From assembly GCF_002571385.2 (NCBI RefSeq), contig NW_019217794.1:1314116-1378115 (forward strand): DNA of 64,000 nucleotides, in the 5' to 3' direction. Position 1 is the first letter of the stretch, and every line of letters starts with the position of its first letter. Source of the stretch: Stylophora pistillata. Its lineage: Eukaryota. The translations under genes were made by a program, and so were the position numbers. Below the pieces are notes generated by a model. The model did no database searches. It was not told where the DNA came from and saw nothing but the letters and a program-made list of their open reading frames with translations. Below, in pieces: positions 25,500 to 37,109 of this stretch.

Positions 25500-26830
25500 T
25501 GACGATCATTTAAGATCAGCAGAACCATTGATTCTGCGTTAAATTTTTCGAAAAAGGCCTTTAACTGAGTTGTAATATCTTTCCAAGTGTGAGAGTTATG
25601 GGTCCAACAACATATGGTAGAAACAGTAACGGTAGAGAAAATCTCTGCCATATAAACCTTAATTGTTTGTTGAATAAACGTGGTTGGCGGTCCCTTTAGC
25701 GAGTGTAAAAACAAACCACGGAAAAATACATAAAAGCAACGGTATCATGACCGAAACTACGACGGTCAAATACCTTCTGGCTGTGCGTGCGCTTCGTTTC
25801 CTGTGGAATTCCAATTGTTCTATTGACGGAGGAATCTCACTACTCACAATGCGGTTTCTATTTTTCAGTTTCCAGTAAGTGACGAAAGTCGAAGCCAGAA
25901 TAAGCGAAAACGGCTCGGTAAAGAAGAGATGAATATGAACGTTGAAGTAGACATTTTTGTCTATCTTCGTAAAAGATCTAGCGACAAAACGCAACGAGAA
26001 TAACACTGCAGTCAATAAAGCGATAAAAGTCCTATTTTTTTTAGTTATTCGGCGATGCAAATGCGGAGAGTTAAAAGCAGCACCGCGCTCGATTAAAATA
26101 ATCAAGGCCATTTGTACTTTCGATTGCGCGAAAACGAGGAACGCTGAGAATAAGACGCTCGGAAATAAATGTTTTTTCTTGCTGATGTCAAGGCCATGTA
26201 AAATTTCAGCGACTCCAAAATATTGCATAAACAGTGTAGCATTCATAATGTTGGCGTAGAAAAGACCTTTGTGAATTTGTGGGCAGGGGATANAGAATAA
26301 GCGAAAACGGCTCGGTAAAGAAGAGATGAATATGAACGTTGAAGTAGACAGTTTTGTCTATCTTCGTAAAAGATATAGCGACAAAAAGCAACGAGAATAA
26401 CACTGTAGTCAATAAAGCGATAAAATTCCTATTTTTTTTAGTTATTCGGCGATGCAAATGCGGAGAGTTAAAAGCAGCACCGCGCTCGATTAAAATAATC
26501 AAGGCCATTTGTACTTTCGATTGCGCGAAAACGAGGAACGCTGAGAAGACGCTCGGAAATAGATGTTTTTTTTTGCAGATGTCAAGGCCATGTAAAATTT
26601 CAGCGACTCCAAAATATTGCAAAAACAGTGTAGCATTCATAATGTTGGCGTAGAAAAGACCTTTGTGAATTTGTGGGCAGGGGATATCTGATGGTTGCAA
26701 AGAAAATAAAAACGTTTTCAGAGCAGATAAATGTGGCAAGAAAAATCGATAAGAATCCATCACTGATAAGAATAATTCCCTTCTGGTCATCTAAGCTGTC
26801 TTCTTCGTCTTTCAGTTTCTTAGTTAGGTT
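25500..26830 (-). pseudogene. Second rhodopsin-like GPCR pseudogene, with an internal duplicated block
   Basis: ILIERG..SPHLHRR, TYWKLKNR and CIFPW parallel the 23-kb copy. Frame breaks at both ends. 25895-26292 is repeated at 26294-26688 across a single N. Confidence 0.6.
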
Positions 26831-28265
26831 GATCATCTTGCAAAGCTGTTCAAATCAAAGAAGCAACAACATTCAAATGACCATGATCTCTATTTCAGCA
26901 TTCGGTTTTCTCCCGTGTAACTTTGCAAACTCATTTCTAAACTTTTACCGTCTCTTTTCTACACTTAGCCAATGCGAACGAGCTTATAATAGATGGGAGT
27001 AAATTCGTGGGTTTATCGGAAAAATAAATAAACACAACGAAAGACATTTATAGGCTGAATTACGAGCGCATTTTGATTGGTTCATACTTATGATCTTATG
27101 GGGAACAGACGCATAGATGACGTCATTTTTTTTTTGCCTCCTAATAAAATAAAACAGATGAAAATCATGTTGGCGCGGGTCTGTTCAGTAACAGACCACA
27201 GATGACGTCAAAATGTGTTAAGAACATTTTTGGCACACGCAGCATCCGCCACAGTTTAACGTCATTTGTGGTCTGTGATCTTTTATCTGTTAGAAGTTCG
27301 AATTCACATGGAAAATGGCCGGCATTGTGTAAGGGCAAAACGAAACCGCTGACGGTCGCCCAATCATCCTCGATGCGTATTGAAATTATGGGAATGCTCT
27401 TTCAACTAAACTTATCGAAAGACATTAACTACTCACAACAGCATTGAGTACACTGGGGTACTGTACGGAAACAACGAGCTTTTTAGCAAGCTGTTTAATA
27501 CGATTATTTTAAAATCACAGTTTTTCAGGTAAGGCATTTATGGAAATTTTTGTGAAGGTCTTCAAAAAGGTATTTCGCATTTTTCATAGAGAATATCACA
27601 TAATATTGATATCAACTAATTTAAATTCTAATCTATTGCTCATAGGAAGTAATTTTTCCTTCTTCTTGGTTGGAAATCGAAGGATAATTAGAAAAAATTA
27701 GACCTCAATAGGCCAAAGGGAGAGAATAAAAAATTGTAACATTTTTATGCAGGGACAATTGAGCCACATGCAGACGTGCGGAGAAAAATTATGGAAAACA
27801 TTCCAATCAGATAAATGATACCTTTGAGAAATCCTCTACAGCCTCAAAAATCTTTATTTGCATTTTTTTTAAGCTGGAGTAAAATCATTCAGTGAATATG
27901 GAGGAAACCTAAAGTACAATAAAAATCAAAACTTGATAAGACCATCGGCAAACTTCCATGGGGGACACTTTTCTGAAGATCCGACAACTCAACGGCCAGA
28001 ATGAGCTATGAGAAATTTTAAGAAAATGGTTTCATCAGTATTTCGAGTTTAATCAAAACTATAAAAAATTCTCGGACGTGATTGGTTTTGTTTTTAATCT
28101 CGTAATTAGCAAATTGGATTCCGCACTTCGCTGTCCGATTTTGCTAATCTTACCTATGGTCGATCATAAACCTAAGTGGACTCTATCCCTCTTATCATCA
28201 TTAAGAATAAGTTTTATTAACATTAATGATAAACATGTAAAAAATTTTACCAATTTTAGTTTTTA

Positions 28266-28580
28266 TTACACGACTCGGGCAGTCAGAGGGCCAATAACTA
28301 AAATCAACCAATCAAAATGCTCTATTGCCGGTCCAATATTCTCTCAGTATTGGACCGGGCACTGTCCCGAATGGTCCCGAATGATACCGCACTTGTGTCC
28401 CTTTGAACTTCAGTCGTATAATAAATCTCTTATTAACCAAGCTTGCTCGGGACCGTACTGGAAGAATATCGGCCCTCGGTCTTTTTTGTACGGACCTCGC
28501 TGCGCTCGGTCCGTACTGTCAAGACCTCGGGCCGATATTCTCCCAGTACGGCCCTCGCGCTTGGTTAATAAGATATATTT
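28266..28580. mobile_element. Interspersed non-autonomous repeat with nested hairpin
   Basis: CTTATTAACCAAGC...GCTTGGTTAATAAG inverted repeat (28429-28572); second copy in opposite orientation at 51908-52172. Confidence 0.75.
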
Positions 28581-29547
28581 ATTGACTGACGTAGTATGGA
28601 GCGATACCAATAACTAATACAATAACTATCCTCTTAACTTAGCTACGGAGCGAAATTAATACCTGTACAATAACTATCCTTTTAACCTACAGCCCTCTAT
28701 AAATACTATAACTTCAAACTCAGTGTACTACTGCACAACTCACGGTTCTCTTTAAAGATCCTTGTCGCTTATCAATATTCACAACACTTTTCCAGGGCAG
28801 CCTTNNNNNNNNNNNNNNNNNNNNNNNNNNNNNNNNNNNNNNNNNNNNNNNNNNNNNNNNNNNNNNNNNNNNNNNNNNNNNNNNNNNNNNNNNNNNNNNN
28901 NNNNNNNNNNNNNNNNNNNNNNNNNNNNNNNNNNNNNNNNNNNNNNNNNNNNNNNNNNNNNNNNNNNNNNNNNNNNNNNNNNNNNNNNNNNNNNNNNNNN
29001 NNNNNNNNNNNNNNNNNNNNNNNNNNNNNNNNNNNNNNNNNNNNNNNNNNNNNNNNNNNNNNNNNNNNNNNNNNNNNNNNNNNNNNNNNNNNNNNNNNNN
29101 NNNNNNNNNNNNNNNNNNNNNNNNNNNNNNNNNNNNNNNNNNNNNNNNNNNNNNNNNNNNNNNNNNNNNNNNNNNNNNNNNNNNNNNNNNNNNNNNNNNN
29201 NNNNNNNNNNNNNNNNNNNNNNNNNNNNNNNNNNNNNNNNNNNNNNNNNNNNNNNNNNNNNNNNNNNNNNNNNNNNNNNNNNNNNNNNNNNNNNNNNNNN
29301 NNNNNNNNNNNNNNNNNNNNNNNNNNNNNNNNNNNNNNNNNNNNNNNNNNNNNNNNNNNNNNNNNNNNNNNNNNNNNNNNNNNNNNNNNNNNNNNNNNNN
29401 NNNNNNNNNNNNNNNNNNNNNNNNNNNNNNNNNNNNNNNNNNNNNNNNNNNNNNNNNNNNNNNNNNNNNNNNNNNNNNNNNNNNNNNNNNNNNNNNNNNN
29501 NNNNNNNNNNNNNNNNNNNNNNNNNNNNNNNNNNNNNNNNNNNNNNN

Positions 29548-29790
29548 TGAGGAGAATTTGCTACCTTTCTATAATATCAAGAAATGGATAGATATTCTAG
29601 TCTTCTCGGATAAGGACGAATAAACCGTAGGCCCCGTCTCCTGCAGGGTTAGGGGTAGGAGACGTTAATTTCCCACGCACGAGATTACTGTGTGGTGGAT
29701 GTCCTCCCCTGGGGTGGGATGGGAGGGAAGGTGAGATCGTTACATGGACTGAAGCGGCTGCCAGAGGCGCCTGATAATGCTGACGTCCGA
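29548..29790 (+). mobile_element. tRNA-SINE body (head lost in N gap) with a distinct 3' tail
   Basis: Matches 17180-17350 and 52278-52450. Confidence 0.8.
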
Positions 29791-30044
29791 TCTCAACCTT
29801 ATCATTGTAACTAGACACGTTTGTTGTTTAGAGTGCATGAGACTTTCTTTCTTTCTTCTTTCTGCACCGGTATTGTAGAGGTCATGGGTTCGAATCCCAT
29901 ACAGGCCTGATTTTAACTACTGCTTAAGCAGTGTTCGTTACTGCGTTATCGAGTTAAGATTCCTAAATTGTATTGTGTAGTTAGTTAGAATGTCACCAGA
30001 AATCAAATTGGAATTGATTATTTAAATTACATGTTTTCTATTAC

Positions 30045-33000
30045 CTTTTGAAACAAAATACGTCGTGTAAAAGCCCTTGCCAGTATTCCGTCGATCCGCT
30101 TTGAATATAATCGATATCTTCTCGCCCGTTCCCCGAACAGTCACCCGGTCAACAAACGAGAATCGTTGATGGCCTTTAATCTGGGACCCTTTGCGATTTC
30201 TTACCCGAGACCCATAGCGGTTCCTTGCTCGTCGGACACGGTTATATCTACCATACTTTCTCTTTGAAAAACTAACAGCATCATCAAGATTTTCGTGAAG
30301 GATATTTCTGTCATCATCATTTATATCATCGTTATAGTCGTCATCGTCTTCATCATCGTCATCATCATCGTCGTCACCATTATCATCATCGTCATCACAA
30401 TCGTCATCATTCTGAAACACAGATCTTCTATCATTTCCGCCTCTATACCTGCCATAGCGGCCGTACCGACCAGTCAGTCGACGAATCAAGCGACGACCTC
30501 GGTATATTTTCACGTAATCATCACTGAAAAAAAACATCAAACGTGAATGCAAAGATGAGCGTAATCAGAAGAAGAAATACATGCCCTCAACTGGTATGCA
30601 ATTATCATAAAAACTAACTAAATAAATAGTAATATAAACAATTAAAACTTACCAGCGTTCAGTTTCGAAAGTTCGAAAATCCAGTCTCAGCACTGCTCCA
30701 CGTGGGACATGTAGGGTCCATTTGCACTGGACGTCGTTTGGATAGCTTGCAGGGTAATTAGGAGATTTGAAGTTACCCGAGGAGCCAGGTAAGGTTCCTC
30801 CGCAGCTGCGTGCTAAAATGAATAGAGATTTTTAACGTTCAGCGATGAGGTTTCTATAGATTGCTTTGATGAGGTAAAATACCTCAGAGGACGGTTGGAT
30901 TCGTTCTCCAGGGCCACTTGTTCGACGGCCGAGTAGCCCTAATCCAAGGTTGAATTTCAATCCAGGTTTCCTCATTCCTTTGTTCAAAAGCCTGTTTGGG
31001 ATGATTTCCTCTATTCTCTTTAGAGCATCCAAAAACCAAATTATAAACAAAAATGATTTTGCTGAAAATTCTCTGATAGATTTTAGATCTGAAATCAAAT
31101 TTCACTCTAACCCACGGTTATCTTATCTTAGCTTTAAAAATCCCTGCGCGGATTCCGTTCCCATTTATAACATAGATATTAAAATTACCAATAACATCAG
31201 TCTTACAGGTCATGGGTCGAAGGTTAGAGAACACAGAGAAGCTTGGAAAAACTCCTTCCGCGATAAATGACTTGAGGAAGAAAGTTTACCTTTCGGAACA
31301 CGATAAGACCAAATAAGAGGGAACACAGGGAGTAAGAGATCTATCAGGGTGTTTTTGTCAGCTCAGAAGTTCAGATAGTTGTTGGTTCTTATGGAGACGT
31401 AATATTGTGCTGTTCAACAGAATAATTTTTTTATAGAATTGTAGAGTGAGTGAGTAACCTAGCATCACGTTGTATTGGGCAAAGAACCCTCTCTTCGTAA
31501 CGCTGCGGTCAGATTTAAAAATAACGCGTATTATCTTGCCAGTTCCTTTAATGGAAATCGTTTTATCTCTTTTTCGAAGACTTCCAGTCAAACGACGAAG
31601 CAGTCGTCGGTCCAAGTATATTTTGACATAATCATATCTACAGAATTAAAAAGAATGGAAAAATCGGACAGGTTAATAACTTGCGCTCATGTTTGGCACG
31701 TTTTGGGGGCACTGTTTGAAAAAAGTAAAGTAAAAAAAAGAAGCAATGTAGGTGCCACCTAGCTCAAAATATGCTCTTCATTACCCTCAAGAAATGATCA
31801 TATTTTCATAAAAGGTGCCAATGCCGAAGCCAAGGTCATTTATAGTCACTCAGAACACTGCCTAACCCTTTTATTCTGTATTGGAGTCACCCTCGACTAG
31901 AAGAAGAACCTTTGTTGATTTATACCCCTCAGGGTAGCCCCTTCAGATACAAAAAGCTGTTTGTGATCAATGGGAGCCTATTTACTAAAAAACTGAAAAA
32001 ATTCTGACTAACCTTCGCTCTGTATAAAAGTTAACGAATTTTATCTTTAACGTTGATCCTTGTGGTACAGACATGATCCAGGTGCAGTCAGCGTTGTTAG
32101 GGTACTTACTGGGATAATTTGGAGATGAAAGGGTCCCAGATGAAGCAGAGAGCGAACCACCGCATTTGCCTGTGTATTAAAACGTATAAATGTAGGGCAT
32201 CAATTTACAACCAAACTGCGAAATTGCAAGCGAACTACTAAAAGAGAGAAAAACGAACCTGAAGCTGAAGAAAGGAGAAATGAACGATCGAAATTAGAGA
32301 AATTTGCAATCTCATTTCATTTTTCGTTTATATGTATGTGAATCAACTCTTAAAGTATTATATCTTGATAAGTAAAATAAAACTCGTTGTTTTGACATAT
32401 AATATTTTTAAATATGTCAAGCAAGGATACTTGATAGGTTAAAAAAGTGAAAATTAAAAGCCTGCGTCTTTTAAAATTGGACTATTTATAAAACTGAACC
32501 AAAGAAATATCAAAAGCGGAGTTGAAAGAATTGAATTCTGACCCAATTGAGTGCGTCGCTTCAAATATCCCCAAATCTCCTTCCTAAATGTCCTATCTTG
32601 ATTAATACTATTTGAATGCATAAGATGTTTCCATTCATTCTACAACTATAGCAGATGAAATTTCTGCTTGAACTTGACGAATTTACCTGATGGAGTCACA
32701 GGAATTGTCACAGCAGTTGAGGGTTGTTCTGTGGTTGTCGGCAGAGGTGGAGTCGTTGATGAAGCACTTTGCTGAGCATTGCACCCTTGCGTATGACAGC
32801 ATTCAAACAAGCAGGACTCAATGGAGCCATTACGAGATAAGTTAAGGAAATCGCATCCGCGATTTTGAGCACAAAGAATGCTTGGAAGACATCCTTTAGC
32901 AAAGATGTAGCTGTTCTGAGCAGTGTCAAATGCTTGTAGGTTGTAGCAGCGAAAACCCGTTTCGCAAAGTTGGAGAGTTTGTGCAGCCGTGCAGTTCTCC

Positions 33001-36000
33001 AAAGAAACGGGTTCTAAACAAACGTGACATCTAAGACGAGTAGGAGCTGAAAGATAAATAGAATTTGAATCTAAAAAAAAAAAACCGAGCTTACTCGAGC
33101 AACAAACGACAAAAAGTGAACATTTGCTGTCTGCCTACCAATAAAAACGATAAGTGCGTCAAAAAAGTCATGTGTCAATTGACGGCGAGAATACTTTCTT
33201 TGCTTTGCTTGAGGCTGGGATAAAGTTTCTCTCTTTTCTTTAGATCTGCTGAGTCAAGGACCCAAAGAAAAGTATGTTCTAAATATAACCATTAGTATTT
33301 GTTTTGGATGGATGGTAAAGCATGCTCAATTCCGAATTATTTGAGCTTCAATGGACCAGAGAGGAGCAATGAGCTTCTTTATCGATTATCATGATCAGAA
33401 AACAGGGAACTTCATACCCAAGAATACACGAATTTGTCGTACTATCTACCTTGCTCTTGACTTTGCACGAAGGTTTTCGGCTCAAGGTCGTCGATTTCGC
33501 TCATCCAGTTAGGATTAGAAGTGTACACTGCGTCACCTTCCGCTAAATATGATGTCATCAGCATCTACCAAAACGCATCATCTCAAGTTAGTAATAAATT
33601 AGTAATAAAAGTGATAAATAGCTGGGTAAAATAAGAAAATGGAAGCATAAAAATTTAAGTAACGCACGAGAGCCCTCGTCTGGTGATCACTTCTGTTAAT
33701 TTTGTCGAAACATCAGTCACTGACGTTCCTTCCCTCTCAAGAGCCCTCTCCCCTGGGTGATCAGACCACATGGTCAAAAGTTGTTCCTCGGCTCAAACTA
33801 CTCACTGTAAATATTAGTTCTTGTATCATTTAACACGCCATAAAATCTCCAGAAGATAATTTTCTTGGTGACCGCTCATGGTACATACATACATATATAC
33901 ATACATACATATACTTTATTTAACCTCGAATTTAGAGTAGCTAAAGATAAGCTAGTATCTTCGAGTTACAAATATAATTCTAAATACTGCTAAAATGTAA
34001 AATGTAAAATGTAAAATTGTAACATTCTAAAATTTAGCTATGAAAAAGAGTCATACTGTAAAATCTTGCGCTTGAAATCAGGAAAGTCAGACGTTCTAAA
34101 AGAATCCGGAAGAGAGTTCCATTGTTTTGAAGCCATATATGAAAAGGAGTGTAGACCATAAGTAGTCGTTTTCGTAAACGGTAGAGACAAAATATAATTT
34201 CCGCTTAGACTATAGGATACAGACCGGAAACTAAACATATTCCTTAGATAGCCTGGATAGCAGGTAAAAAACAAGCTCTTGTACAATATAATTAAGAAAG
34301 TCTGAAGGCGTCTTTTATAAAGAGATTTAATAACCGTTCCTCCGTTTGGAACATTCATGTGTCGTCTCGATCTCGCGTGTGATTTGTTTAGTTATTTCAT
34401 CCAAATAATTCTCTGACCATCCCTTTAAATAAAGGCGGTCTAAATTGTTTTATCAAGAATACGAGTTGTTCTTGCGAATAACAACGATCTTCTTTTCTTC
34501 GAAACTCCTTCAGATGCCACGAGTCAGGCGACGTTTGGGAACAGCGACAGAGGCCATATTAATCAAAATGATGTATAGACTGGACGGGCAAACGTGTGTA
34601 ATGGGGTTATTGGTTATTTTCAGTTTTTAACCTCGTGCTATCCATAACACAACACTTTTCTTATTTGGTACAGTCAAAAACGAACTGATTTAAATCGCAG
34701 CCGGAATAGAGTGAATTTGCATCCAATTCAACATTGCTTAATGAGTCAAGTCGGAGATTACACTTTTATTTTACCATACGAGATGTCATGGCACTTTTTT
34801 CGAACTCATAATTTTAACTTAAGGAAGTAGAAAATAAGGGAGGGGTGAAAATCACGAGAACCAAAAAAGCTAATTTCGTGACATTAAAGTCGTATTTGGG
34901 AAACATTTCAGGGGGTCCATGACTTCAGATCTTTTCATTGATATGCAAACCGAGAGTAGCATGTAGCTTCCACTAAGAACAATGCTACGCAGTGAAATGA
35001 AATTTCCATCATAATATGGGCATACATTGGGACTATTGATCTTGCCACTAAGTTACTCACATCTAAGTGAATATCTTCTATTAGCCACACTGTATGGTGA
35101 CTTGGGCGCGAAAGATATGGATACAAATGTCCCTACAAAACTATCAAAATCTTACAACTGTATCGGCACACAGTCAATTGAACAAGGCGAATTATTGTTC
35201 TCTGCCATAAAGCAGAATAGTGAGTTTTTATGATTCGCTTTCTTAACGTCGTTCGCTGGAGTTTTTGAAATTTCCTTGATTTCATCAAATTATTTTTGAC
35301 TAAATCTATCCATGTATCATAAGATGAGTGCAGTGAGTTATATTTAAAACTGGTCACAATAGTTTTGTCGTTTGAGGGAATATGGTTGTTGACATTCAAT
35401 TATAGAAAAAGGAAGGTAACCGTTTAGCGCAATATCATGGAATAAACAACTTATATAGGCATTATGAAACATAAATGTGCTCAGCACGAGTGAATGCTTT
35501 CGCAATTTCCCAATTAAAGAAGTAATATAAATACCTTTTTTCCCTTTTTTTCTACCTATTTCTAGAGAGGCTATCGATAGAATTTAGTTTTGTAACCGCT
35601 TAGTGAGGGCAAATGAATACAATTTACCACAGACTATTAGATGTACCAACATCTGTTACTGTGATGAATTCGAAAAACTCAATTATATGTCGATATATGA
35701 GTAATGGGATAATTTGGTTTAATCAATGGAAGATAACTTAAATTGGCCACCATAAAGAGTTTGTAAAGGTGTCGTCTGGAGTGTCAGCCCTTCCTCAGAG
35801 AGAATCCCATTTGAAATCCCACTTGCTCTTACAAAGGGCCAACGCTCCAAATGTCAGCTTTAAAAAATCATTACGGTGGCTACTTCTCATCATCAACTCG
35901 GCTGGTAAAACCCAATCATCTTGTGAAACCTTCCCCGGTGTAGCTCCACAGTTTCTTCAGAAACGCGTAACCCTTTCTTCCATCTATGGGTAACGGGAAC

Positions 36001-36229
36001 TGTTTGTAGAGGGTGGTAATTTCTACTGAAATATATTGTTTAGCCCTTTTTCGTTTCTCGGCTGCAGTTATGTCCTAGGTTAACTATTTTACCCAGATAT
36101 GAATGAATATTACACGTACTGACAAGCTCAAACATACACAGAAAAGAAAATGATAAAAAATCAAAAGTTTTTGGATTTTGTCCCAAGCGATGAGAACCTT
36201 ACCATTAGGGCAAGTAGAATGCTCTTCAT
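30045..36229 (-). CDS. Gene C: secreted Ly6/uPAR domain, stalk, basic CUB and Asp/Arg-loop CUB (terminal exon unresolved)
   Basis: Exons 36229-36203, 33564-33450, 33046-32687, 32169-32013, 31637-31459, 30812-30653 and 30523-30045 join in frame. N-terminus MKSILLALMMLMTSYLAEG; exon 2 ends in QEQ like gene B; LRCHVC...CCHTQGCN. Confidence 0.82.
33884..34325 (-). mobile_element. LINE 3' fragment with (GTAT)n tail in gene C intron 1
   Basis: ORF with YPGYLRNMF...TTYGLHSFSYMASKQWNSLP...FKRKI; microsatellite tail; empty site at ~20695-20705. Confidence 0.8.
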
Positions 36230-37109
36230 AACAAATTGAGAAGGTTCCTTTTCAAACTTTCTCGGTTTCTTCAAATTAACAGCAAGCTCCAGCCTCCGTC
36301 AATGATAAATTTCTTTGTACTAACTTACTTACGTTAACAGAGATTGCATGATCACTTAATGTTATATTGACCGGAGAAAGGGTCACGTTAATTTTTGCGG
36401 TTTGGTTTAGACAAGCTCAACTGGATGAAATTCGTTCATCACCACTGCGCATAGGTGGACTATCCTTAATTTAAGCAAATACTTTTATGTCTCGACGGAA
36501 TACCGACTGAATACAAAAAGATTCAGATTATTAGTGATTCAAAGCGTGTTGGGATTTGATTTAAAATTAAAATTAAAATGTGTTATCTGTCCTATTATGA
36601 AAAACAGCTGATGGTGATATTTCTATATTGTTTAGTATTGAAAGGGGATACTGATGTGCTCTAATCCATGAATAGAACTACAAACCTGACATTTTCTCTG
36701 TAAAATCCAATTGTTTTAATCCTGAATTTGCAGAGTGAGATTCTTTGTTTTACGGGAATGTATTTACTTCCCCAACTTAGCTTTAAATGGTATCATTTTC
36801 ACATGATATTTGATATCGACGTTCTCAAAGATCTCAATGTGACAAACTAGACTTTTGAACAACCTTTAATTGGCAAGAAATACATGGAACTAGATCCGGT
36901 TAATATGATGTAGATGAAGTAGTCTCAATCTTAATATAGGCTTTTCACAGTAAGTGACAACATGAGTCGTGGTACTTTCTTTCATGTAAACTGATTGAGC
37001 AAAAATACGAATAATTATAAAAAACTAGAGTTTTGAGAGGATGAAACGAATTTCTAGAGTTGCGTCCAGACAAGCAGCATTCTGATTCTGCTTACTCCGT
37101 TTCCTCGGA

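Noticed and set aside
25895-26688. Internal duplication in the second GPCR
   Set aside because: Joined by a single N; likely an allelic overlap artefact.
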